This document shows positions 1 through 7,911 of a stretch of DNA of 29,119 bases, in pieces. The stretch comes from a virus. Lineage: Duplodnaviria > Caudoviricetes. Below the pieces are notes generated by a model. The model ran no database searches. It was not told the origin of the DNA and saw only the letters and a program-made list of their open reading frames with translations. Position 1 is the stretch's first letter. Each line of letters begins with the position of its first letter. The position numbers were made by a program, and so were the translations under genes. Location of the stretch: IMG/VR virus record IMGVR_UViG_3300012894_000125, positions 1 to 29,119 of that record, one strand, 5' to 3'.

Positions 1-1170
1 ATGAAGGCAAAAAAGCATAAAGCCGGTTCAGATGACTCACAACCAAGCAAACTACCCCGACTTGGTGACCTCTTTTGCGGAGCTGGCGGCTTTAGCTTAG
101 GTGCACATTTCGCTGGCTTCCATACCGCTTTTGCAGTGGACTGTGACCCTGATTTAACATCCTCATTTCGCACAAATTTTCCAAGTGCGAACCTACTCAT
201 TAAAGACCTTAGCAATACTGAACCACACCAACTGCTAGAAGAAGCTAAAATAAAACCTCGGGAGTTGGCCGGGATTATAGGTGGTCCACCCTGTCAAGGA
301 TTCAGTATTATGGGCCATCGAAACGCAGAAGACCCAAGAAACAATTTATTAGTAAAATATTTTGATTTTGTATCCTATGCCTCACCTGCATTCTTCATAA
401 TGGAGAATGTTCCTAATATCATGTCTGAAAAGTACAGTGGTATTATAGAAGAAGGTCTAAAGCGTGTAAGAGGCACTTATCAAATTGTAGGCCCCATTCT
501 GATTAATGCTAATCTATACGGAGCTGCAACTAGGCGTGTGAGGGCTGTCATTATTGGTTATGACCCAACTAGAGTAAATTCCTTGGTAGAAGCTGATATA
601 CGTGCGACAGAAAAAACCACACCAGTCACCGTCCATCATGCAATTCACGACTTGCCAAGCCCTGAAGATGATAAAGATGGTGATGGATGGCATGATTACA
701 TAACGGAACCTGAAGAAGGAGACAAAGGAAATTATGCGCGCCGTGCTCGACTAGCACCCCCTATTGGTCTTTCAACACATATCCAACGCGATAAAGTGGG
801 AAAAGCAGTTTCAGGGCTACAGGATACTATTCATGCTGAGCATATTATTAAACGTATGGATGCGCTGCTGCCAGGAGGCATAGATAAAGTCTCTAAAGCA
901 AAAAAACTGACATGGCATGACCCATGTATAGTGCTCAGAGCTGGAACAGGTAAAGAGAGAGGGTCACATCAAGCAGTTCGTCCAATTCATCCTGCAAAAT
1001 CTCGGGTTATAACCATAAGAGAAGCGGCGCGCATCCAAGGGTTTCCTGATTGGTTCCAGTTCCATGAAACTAAATGGCATAGCTTTCGCATGATAGGCAA
1101 TAGCGTTTCACCCTATGTCTCTCACAGTCTTTTATCTCTTTTACGAACTCGCTTAATTACTGCTATCTAA
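1..1170 (+). CDS. dcm: DNA (cytosine-5)-methyltransferase
   Basis: Motifs in canonical order: I DLFCGAGG, IV GGPPCQGFS, VI ENV, VIII variant GAATRRVR, IX REAARIQGFP, X IGNSV. ATG at position 1, upstream context not visible. Confidence 0.96.
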   Translation: MKAKKHKAGSDDSQPSKLPRLGDLFCGAGGFSLGAHFAGFHTAFAVDCDPDLTSSFRTNFPSANLLIKDLSNTEPHQLLEEAKIKPRELAGIIGGPPCQGFSIMGHRNAEDPRNNLLVKYFDFVSYASPAFFIMENVPNIMSEKYSGIIEEGLKRVRGTYQIVGPILINANLYGAATRRVRAVIIGYDPTRVNSLVEADIRATEKTTPVTVHHAIHDLPSPEDDKDGDGWHDYITEPEEGDKGNYARRARLAPPIGLSTHIQRDKVGKAVSGLQDTIHAEHIIKRMDALLPGGIDKVSKAKKLTWHDPCIVLRAGTGKERGSHQAVRPIHPAKSRVITIREAARIQGFPDWFQFHETKWHSFRMIGNSVSPYVSHSLLSLLRTRLITAI

Positions 1171-2149
1171 GTTCCGCTTCTACAAAAGCAGGGTAGTATT
1201 TGTAAATTCTTGCGTAATTCTGTAAATCGGTATCTGGCACTCCAGCAAGTTGTAGATTCTTTCGCGTACGCGGCACCTGCGCTTCCAAGTGTAGCAGTTC
1301 CTTGTGTGTAAATACAGGCGGCTCTATCCTGAAAGCTTCGGCACCTATAGGCCGGTAAAAGTCCATACTTCTCAATCCGCCGGATACAGCATCTCCTATT
1401 TCATTTTGGTCACGTAGCACCCATGCAACAGTGGCCATCTTAGCATTATCTGAATACTGGAAGTATGCGAACCTTTCACAAAAAGTTGTTATAGGACGTA
1501 TAGAATCTAATTCATTGGCGTCTTGCATGAAAGTAGCCAACTGAATATCTAATAATCTAGAATATACATCAGCCTTTCCCCATTTACGAAAGTGCTTCAG
1601 AGTAATATCTTGTGGCACACGGTCTCCCCCCACTACGCTTTGTAGAGCCTTTATTTCATCAACTTTCGCCTCATCTTTGGCATCCTCGTCCTCGATAGCG
1701 CCAGCGGCATCAAGCTGCTCAGTATTCAGGGTTACCACCAGTACACTACCTACTTGAGCCTTGTTAGCGAAAGTTGCTAAATCTAATAACACGTTTCGTG
1801 TAAGCCCACCCTCGTAATCAAGCCACACGATAGACGGGGTAGACCAATCCAACTCAGGCAAAATATCATGCGACTCCCCGAAAGAGAGTTTTAAGCACGT
1901 GAATGGCTTGTTGAACTCAAATCGAGGTTTAGAACTTGAATCCCTTTCAATACTCCTGAGCCGATTAATTCCGAGTTCCTTGTGTATTAGCCGAAAGTCA
2001 ACAAAAGACGTACTGCCAAATCCAATATATTTGTAGTTAGCAATTGGCCCGAAAGGGTAGAGCATTCTAAACGCGTCTATTAGCATTTTACGCTCTGTAG
2101 CTTTAGCTGGCCTTAAGGCATAATTAAAACTTCTATAACTTGAGGCCAT
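1163..2149 (-). CDS. putative SAM-dependent (O-)methyltransferase-like protein
   Basis: Rossmann-like elements YIGFGS..F.DF, SIE, WLDY and N-terminal NY.LRPAK..ERKM. Start overlaps the ATPase stop (TAATG at 2147-2151). Family assignment is from memory. Confidence 0.7.
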   Translation of the reverse strand: MASSYRSFNYALRPAKATERKMLIDAFRMLYPFGPIANYKYIGFGSTSFVDFRLIHKELGINRLRSIERDSSSKPRFEFNKPFTCLKLSFGESHDILPELDWSTPSIVWLDYEGGLTRNVLLDLATFANKAQVGSVLVVTLNTEQLDAAGAIEDEDAKDEAKVDEIKALQSVVGGDRVPQDITLKHFRKWGKADVYSRLLDIQLATFMQDANELDSIRPITTFCERFAYFQYSDNAKMATVAWVLRDQNEIGDAVSGGLRSMDFYRPIGAEAFRIEPPVFTHKELLHLEAQVPRTRKNLQLAGVPDTDLQNYARIYKYYPAFVEAELR

Positions 2150-3480
2150 TACTCAACTTCAAATTTTTGGTAATATTCAAAGGTCTTCAGGCCAACCTCT
2201 TCAGCGCTACTAGCTTTAAGCTGCTTCTTAACACGCTCAAATTCAGCAGTCGGTTTTTGATAAGTAATACGGCTCAGTTTAGCTGTAGCAACATTCTCTT
2301 TAGGAGGCATTTTAAACATACTCAGAGGCTTTACGTCATCGATACCAACTTCAACAGCCCGATTAATAATTTCAGTATAAGTCTTATTTTCACTATCCTT
2401 CTCCCTATCAACTTCGTTAATAAACTTGATAATGGGTTCCATTAACGATACCATCGTACGACGTGCCTTCGCATAAACCGGAGACTCTAAGTCTAATCCG
2501 GTTTTGGTAGTATTCCAGGGGAGCTGCTCAGAGTCTGAACAGTCGAAGAAAGCATAGCCACGAAACCGTGCGTATTGGTTGTGATAGTGTGGAATTTTGC
2601 TGCTGGATTCCCCCCAACCGACAACTTCAGAACGGTCAGCATGTAAGATTAACCTGCCATTACAGTATACGTACCATCCCGCGTGGTCAGGCGGGCTAGA
2701 GCTTTGTAAGCCTACATAATATCTAGCATTTACTGGCAGAGCCTTTTCGTGAGCTTTAATTATCTCCTGTTTGCGAGTAGGTTTAAGTAATGTATCTTGA
2801 AGTAATTTTACTTGTTGAGAAACCAAAGCTTCATTATTTATTAGAATGGTTAGCCCAGCTAGTAAAAATTCATTCTGCGCATTTCTCATACGCGACCTGA
2901 ATTCGGTCTCATAAGCAGCATACTGAAAACGTTTAGATACTTCACTGTATAGATTAGTAACTTCTATACTAGTACCCAACTCATTCATTGGGTGTGTATT
3001 CAAATCTGAACGAAGCTGTACAGGTGCGTCTGTCTGAAAATTCCAGGTTTCCGGCGCATCATCCTTACTCCATTTCAGCACATCTACTGTTATACTATAT
3101 TTAGCATGTGGAGCGGCAGTTTTTATTTTGAAGTTCTTACCAATCTTGAAAAGAGCCCGCTTCATACCTATGCCAAAGCGGCCGATAGACCCATCAGTAG
3201 GAGTGGCCTCGTTTGGACGTCCAAATCGAAAAGCGTAGTTCTTGCCAACCTCTAATGGTATTCCCCCACAATTGTCCTTGACCAAAAATTTTGTCTCAGA
3301 AACAGTAATTTCTATTTTCAAATCGGTGAAATCCCCATCTGGTCGAAGCCGTTTAGCACCGTCGATGGAGTTATCAACTAGGTCGATTATTGCATCTGTT
3401 AGGTCAACGTCTTTGACCAGCATCTCGATAAAAAGACGCTTAGTCGGCATTGCGCTAATGAACTCACGCTTGGCAGGCAT
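2149..3480 (-). CDS. GHKL/MORC-family ATPase (HATPase_c plus S5-like domain)
   Basis: GHKL boxes DLVDNSIDG, KDNCGGI, IGRFGIGMKRA, GTSIEV. MORC-type C-terminal GWYVYCNGRLI and LPWNTTKTG. Confidence 0.9.
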   Translation of the reverse strand: MPAKREFISAMPTKRLFIEMLVKDVDLTDAIIDLVDNSIDGAKRLRPDGDFTDLKIEITVSETKFLVKDNCGGIPLEVGKNYAFRFGRPNEATPTDGSIGRFGIGMKRALFKIGKNFKIKTAAPHAKYSITVDVLKWSKDDAPETWNFQTDAPVQLRSDLNTHPMNELGTSIEVTNLYSEVSKRFQYAAYETEFRSRMRNAQNEFLLAGLTILINNEALVSQQVKLLQDTLLKPTRKQEIIKAHEKALPVNARYYVGLQSSSPPDHAGWYVYCNGRLILHADRSEVVGWGESSSKIPHYHNQYARFRGYAFFDCSDSEQLPWNTTKTGLDLESPVYAKARRTMVSLMEPIIKFINEVDREKDSENKTYTEIINRAVEVGIDDVKPLSMFKMPPKENVATAKLSRITYQKPTAEFERVKKQLKASSAEEVGLKTFEYYQKFEVE

Positions 3481-3628
3481 ACTCTTGCAGATTGTATAGA
3501 TGTCTTAGTTAGGTGCTAAGCTAATGCATTAGTTGGCATATTTTTGCAGGGGGACTAAATATTGCATAATAATTATTATTAAATATATATAATATAATTT
3601 CAATATAAACTCTTATTCTGCGTGAAGT

Positions 3629-3946
3629 TTAGGCATCAATTAGCGCTATCAATACAGGCCCATAGAGGGTAGCATCTTCATTATCTGAATCAAAAACCAA
3701 ACCTAAAATCCTACCTACTGCTTCCATTGCCGCCAAATTCACCGGCCCTTCTTCGTAGTTGAATATGGAATAAGCAATGTAACCTGGGCCAGAAGCTAGT
3801 ACATCTACAGCTTGAGGCGTGCATCCTAATAAAGAGGCAGCCTCGTCAACATCTAGTGCTAGCCTAGCATTATCATCTAACGAGTATAATCCTTTAACTG
3901 GAACAGTTACGGGGTCTTGGCCAGGAGTGTAAAGAGTAGCTGCCAT
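3629..3946 (-). CDS. small acidic hypothetical protein (weak DUF3846-like C-terminal N..A...D..LYGPVLI)
   Basis: 105 aa, 1 nt downstream of the previous gene and co-oriented with the repressor. Confidence 0.7.
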   Translation of the reverse strand: MAATLYTPGQDPVTVPVKGLYSLDDNARLALDVDEAASLLGCTPQAVDVLASGPGYIAYSIFNYEEGPVNLAAMEAVGRILGLVFDSDNEDATLYGPVLIALIDA

Positions 3947-3947
3947 C

Positions 3948-4250
3948 TTATTCGAGTGAATCCTTGCTGAGTTTCATTGGGGCAACGACATCATTGCGAT
4001 GTGGTCCAACACGCACCACATCCCGATAGTAGTTGTGGGCAGTCACTCCGCTACTACTTATCGAGCCATGTCCTTCTTCACTTGGGCCAATAATTAGAAC
4101 TTGGCGTCCTATTGGCCACCCATTCTTCGCATGCAGAGTTCGTAGCATCTCATCTGTCTCAATTTGGTCAGCGGGCACCAAACCGCGAATCTCTATGAAC
4201 CAATCATGTCCATAGGAGACTCGCCGGTATTCATAAGGATGAATTGACAT
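3948..4250 (-). CDS. hypothetical protein co-transcribed with repressor
   Basis: 100 aa, starts 5 nt after the repressor stop, AT-richer codons. Confidence 0.65.
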   Translation of the reverse strand: MSIHPYEYRRVSYGHDWFIEIRGLVPADQIETDEMLRTLHAKNGWPIGRQVLIIGPSEEGHGSISSSGVTAHNYYRDVVRVGPHRNDVVAPMKLSKDSLE

Positions 4251-4255
4251 TATTA

Positions 4256-5023
4256 TTAAAATAAACGATAAGGCACTACTCCATAGAACTCCCGCACCTC
4301 CCAGATTGACTGGATGGCAGCGCGTGCCACCACAAAAGAGCCGCCCCCACCGCCAGTAGCGCGAAGCGTTAAGCGGTCGTAAGAAAACAGTTCGTTATCA
4401 ACGATGGCCTTCACAGTCACCGTGTCATCATAGGCTACTACGCACACCGTGTTGTGCAAGTACTCCCACTTTCCCTCAGGAATAGGCCACGCTATGACTT
4501 GCTGCCCTGAGCGCAAGCTAGGTTCCATGCTATCGCCTTCTATGTCGAAGACAATGGCATCAGCATAATCCGCTTCTGTCTTGCCTGGTGGCAGGCGGTG
4601 AAGCAACTTATCAAATAGCCCGGTATCGGCCCCTCCTAGCTCGATAAAGGAGGCTCGCGTCTTGAAACTAACGTGGCGTAGTGCAATGACTGGGATTTCT
4701 GATAGCAGCGCGTAGGCGTGAGCATCTGTCGGGGCCGCAGTATACGACGGAGCTTTTTGGGTATCGGCGTTCGCATCTGTGGATTGGAGCATTTCACCCT
4801 CTCCCTTAAGCAACCAATCCGTTCGCACTTGCGGGTATGCATCTGCTATTCTTCGCAGCAATTCAACACTTGCTTTGCTAGCTCGTTTCCCAAACATCTC
4901 GCTAAAGACAGTCGGACTTGTGCCAGTCTTCAAAGCAAAACGTCTTTGCACACCGTTTTCCAACTTATCAATAAGGGTTTTTATACGCTGTCTTACAAGC
5001 TCTTCTGGTTCCTCTATTGTCAT
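4256..5023 (-). CDS. prophage CI-like repressor (XRE HTH plus S24 peptidase)
   Basis: HTH QRRFALKTGTSPTVFSEM, WLLKGEGEM, S24 GDSMEP Ser and TVK Lys. Start moved to MTIEE (5023) because the longer ORF overlaps the promoter/operator region. Confidence 0.92.
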   Translation of the reverse strand: MTIEEPEELVRQRIKTLIDKLENGVQRRFALKTGTSPTVFSEMFGKRASKASVELLRRIADAYPQVRTDWLLKGEGEMLQSTDANADTQKAPSYTAAPTDAHAYALLSEIPVIALRHVSFKTRASFIELGGADTGLFDKLLHRLPPGKTEADYADAIVFDIEGDSMEPSLRSGQQVIAWPIPEGKWEYLHNTVCVVAYDDTVTVKAIVDNELFSYDRLTLRATGGGGGSFVVARAAIQSIWEVREFYGVVPYRLF

Positions 5024-5088
5024 TTGCAAATGTTTTTTGCGAACATTTTTTGGAATGTGTTGGTAAAAGCACATACATTTGCCAACAC
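5021..5088. promoter_or_regulatory. lysis/lysogeny switch: rightward promoter, probable leaderless repressor promoter and operator repeats
   Basis: TTTG(5049-5052)-N21-TACATTTG(5074-5081) matches the Bacteroidota -33/-7 consensus. Minus-strand AACATTTG lies 3 nt before the repressor ATG. Repeats TTTGCGAACA 5036-5045, TGTTGGTAAA 5058-5067 (inverted), TTTGCCAACA 5078-5087. Palindrome CATTTGCAAATG 5021-5032. Confidence 0.8.
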
Positions 5089-5134
5089 CAACAACAACAG
5101 CCGCAAGGTAGGTAGATAACTAACTAGCAAACCC

Positions 5135-5380
5135 ATGAAGAATAAGCAAAAACCGCCCACAATCAAAGAGGTGCTAGGCGAGGGCTGGATGAAGCCCTTA
5201 GCCCAACGCTCCGGCGTGAAAGACTCGGCTACTCTCTCCCGCCTTGTTAATCTGGAATATTCCACCAGTAAGCACTGGCCCGCCGTGCTGGCATACGCCC
5301 AAGAAATTAACCCCACCGGCTACGCCACCTGGGCCGCCGCCAACCCCGACAAGCTGCCCGCCGTGCCGCAGGCCGCCTAA
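5135..5380 (+). CDS. Cro-like small HTH protein
   Basis: Divergent from the repressor, with HTH-like KPLAQRSGVKDSATLSRLVN. Confidence 0.75.
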   Translation: MKNKQKPPTIKEVLGEGWMKPLAQRSGVKDSATLSRLVNLEYSTSKHWPAVLAYAQEINPTGYATWAAANPDKLPAVPQAA

Positions 5381-5425
5381 CCCACCCTTCTTTCCACACC
5401 TCCCCTACTCTTTCTCCTTTCCGAC

Positions 5426-5845
5426 ATGGAAAAGCCGTTGCTGCCCCCGCTTGCCTCCGCCCTGAAGGGCGAGAAACCGCTCTCGCTCACCGAGGGCTTT
5501 GCCGAGGGCGATTTGCTCCACCTCAAGGCCCCGCTGCTGGGCCGCCCCAAGGGCACGGTGCTTCCCGTACTCGGTTATTGCCTCTGCTACGATGCCCAGG
5601 GCCAGCCTTATGCGTTGCGTGCTTACGTGCCGCTGAGCCCCGAGGGCGCCACCACCTACGCCGGCCGTGAGGCGGCGCGCTTCCCCGAGCCCGGCCAGCG
5701 GGAGCGCTGGCTGGGCGGGGTGCAGCTACGCTTCTCGGAGCTCGACCTCACCGACCACGCCCACGAACTGGCCCTGGAGCGCCGCCGCGAAGCCCTCGTG
5801 ATTCAGATGTACCCCGAGCGCCAGCAGCACCGCCTGGCCGCCTGA
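5426..5845 (+). CDS. hypothetical early phage protein
   Basis: GC3-rich codons, pyrimidine-rich leader, operon position. Confidence 0.75.
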   Translation: MEKPLLPPLASALKGEKPLSLTEGFAEGDLLHLKAPLLGRPKGTVLPVLGYCLCYDAQGQPYALRAYVPLSPEGATTYAGREAARFPEPGQRERWLGGVQLRFSELDLTDHAHELALERRREALVIQMYPERQQHRLAA

Positions 5846-5871
5846 TTTCTCCCTTTTTCCTTCTCCTTCCC

Positions 5872-6243
5872 ATGAAACGCACCCTGACCGGCACCCTGGA
5901 ATTTGAGGACGGGGCCGTGCACCTGGTTCTCTCCGACCCCACCCAGCGGGCCCTCGTGGCCGAGGTAGCGGCCCGGCAGCAAGCCGCCCGCGCCCAGGCC
6001 GAGGTAGACCACGACCGGCTGGCCCGCACCTACCACCTCGGGGCCGCGCCCACGCCCGGCCGCGGCTACGACGACCGCCTGAAGATGCGCCTGGGCTGCG
6101 GGGCCGACCTGGCCCGCGAGTTGGTGAGCAGCGGCCGGCTGGCCCACCAGTACCTGGGCAACCGCTACTCGGTGTGCGAGCAGGCCGTGCGCGACTTCTA
6201 CGCCACCCAGCCGCCCGAAAGCGCCCTGCGCCGCGCCGCTTAG
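5872..6243 (+). CDS. excisionase/MerR-like winged-helix DNA-binding protein
   Basis: C-terminal RLGCGADLARELVSSGRLAHQYLGNRYSVCEQAVRDF resembles HTH_17/Xis. Confidence 0.7.
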   Translation: MKRTLTGTLEFEDGAVHLVLSDPTQRALVAEVAARQQAARAQAEVDHDRLARTYHLGAAPTPGRGYDDRLKMRLGCGADLARELVSSGRLAHQYLGNRYSVCEQAVRDFYATQPPESALRRAA

Positions 6244-6257
6244 TACCGCTACCCCAC

Positions 6258-6291
6258 AAAAAAACCGGTCGGGGTCACTACCCCCGGCCGG
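6258..6291 (-). terminator. intrinsic terminator facing leftward
   Basis: Stem CCGGTCGGGG/CCCCGGCCGG preceded by A7, which is a U7 tail on the minus strand. Confidence 0.6.
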
Positions 6292-6324
6292 CCACTTTCT
6301 CAAACGAATCAACTTCAAACGCCT

Positions 6325-7191
6325 GTGGGCACAAAAGTAATGACAATGCTGGCAACCTCCTTCGCCCCTACCCCCTCGCTGGCTAGCCTGGCCGAACACG
6401 TCGGCCGGTGCTGCGCCGACACGGCCACTGCCACCCTGGCCCCCGTCGCCCTCGATGGCACCATCTACCAGACCTCCGATTATAACCTATTCCACCTGCT
6501 ACCCGAGAACCGGCCGGTAGACCTTGGGCATGTGCGCAAGCTGGTGGCGCAAATCAGCGAGCGCAACCTGCTACGCTCGCAGCCCCTGGAGGTAACGGCC
6601 GGGATGGGCATCATCGACGGGCAGCACCGGCTGGCGGCCGCCCGCGAGCTAGGCTTGCCGGTGTACTACAAAGTGGGCGAGCAGTTGAGCGAGGAAGACA
6701 TTACGGCCTTGAACATGGGCCGCAAGAACTGGGCGGCCACCGACTACCTGCACATGTGGACGGTGAAGCGCAAACCAGCTTACGTGGCCTTCACCGATTT
6801 TCGGCAGCGCCACCCCCGCCTCAGCTTCTCTAACGCTAAGATTATGCTCAGCGGGGGCACGGGCGGGCTGGGCGCCGACCTGTTTCGCCAAGGGCGCTGG
6901 GATGGCGCCAACGAGGAAGATGTGGACCTGGCCGAGCAGGTAGCTGAGCTCGTGGAGCGCATCGCCGACGAAGTGCCCAGCTTCCGGCAGTCGGCCCACA
7001 CCGGCTTCGTGGGCGCCCTCTACCACTGCGTGACCAAGGTGGAGGGCTTCGACGCCAAAGAGATGATGCGCACCATCCTGGCCCAGCCGCTGAGCCTGCT
7101 GCCCTGCGCCAGCCACAAGCAGTGGCTGGAGATGCTGGGCCGCCTCTACAACTACCGCAAAGACGAGCGCAACCGCTTACGCTTCGAATAA
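6325..7191 (+). CDS. ParB/Srx N-terminal domain protein (DGQHR motif)
   Basis: ENRPVD..HV.KL and IIDGQHRLAA. Start uncertain (GTG 6325, ATG 6340 or 6346). Confidence 0.85.
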   Translation: MGTKVMTMLATSFAPTPSLASLAEHVGRCCADTATATLAPVALDGTIYQTSDYNLFHLLPENRPVDLGHVRKLVAQISERNLLRSQPLEVTAGMGIIDGQHRLAAARELGLPVYYKVGEQLSEEDITALNMGRKNWAATDYLHMWTVKRKPAYVAFTDFRQRHPRLSFSNAKIMLSGGTGGLGADLFRQGRWDGANEEDVDLAEQVAELVERIADEVPSFRQSAHTGFVGALYHCVTKVEGFDAKEMMRTILAQPLSLLPCASHKQWLEMLGRLYNYRKDERNRLRFE

Positions 7192-7883
7192 TGACTGCGC
7201 GCCAACTTCAGGATGCGCGCCACCGGGAGGTGGTACGCGCCTACTACGCCACCGGCGACGAGGCCCTGCTCGGGCCGGTGCTGGCCGAGCTGCGCCCGCG
7301 CCTGCTGGCCTTTCTCCATAGCAAGGGCCTGCGCGACGCCGAGCAGGGAGCAGACCTCGTGCAGGAAACCCTGGCGGCGGTTCTCACCGGGCTGCGCGCC
7401 CAGCAGTACACCGGCACGGGCAGCGTCGCCGCCTGGGCGCTCAAAACCTGCTGGCATGACTTTGTAGACAGCCGGCGCCACAAGACCAACGCCATTACCC
7501 AGCCCGGCGCCGCCGAAGACCCGTTTTTGCTGCTGGCGACGGCCCTGGCCACGCCCGCCGAAGACCTGCCCAGCCGCTGGGAAGACGAGGAGCGGGCCGG
7601 GGCGGTGGTGGCCGCCGCCACCCACGCCGTGCTGGGCCTCGACCCCACCGCCCGCGTGTGCGTGCTGCTGCACTACTACCAGGGCCTGAGCGAAGCGGCC
7701 GCCGCCACCCGCCTGGGCATTGCCGAAACCACCTTCCGGGCCCGCCTGCGCCGGGGCCTCGCCGACCTGCGGGCCTGGGGTAGCTGCCACCGGCACCTGG
7801 CCCCCGCCCCCGACGTGTACGCCGCCCTGCCGCGCGTGAGCAGCGGCGATTTATTCCGCGAGCCGCTGTGCCTGGCTAGCTAG
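7191..7883 (+). CDS. ECF-type sigma-70 family factor
   Basis: Region 2 DLVQET..W and region 4 L....R.CVLLHYYQGLS....A.RLGI...T.R.RL.RG. Start placed at the TAATG overlap with the ParB-like gene. Confidence 0.85.
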   Translation: MTARQLQDARHREVVRAYYATGDEALLGPVLAELRPRLLAFLHSKGLRDAEQGADLVQETLAAVLTGLRAQQYTGTGSVAAWALKTCWHDFVDSRRHKTNAITQPGAAEDPFLLLATALATPAEDLPSRWEDEERAGAVVAAATHAVLGLDPTARVCVLLHYYQGLSEAAAATRLGIAETTFRARLRRGLADLRAWGSCHRHLAPAPDVYAALPRVSSGDLFREPLCLAS

Positions 7884-7911
7884 GCAACGGCCTATTACTC
7901 TCCTTGCCTCT

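Noticed and set aside
3516-3610. Palindromes CTAATGCATTAG and ATAATAATTATTAT, and resemblance to 11701-11720
   Set aside because: Low-complexity AT-rich sequence, so chance similarity cannot be excluded and no regulator can be assigned.
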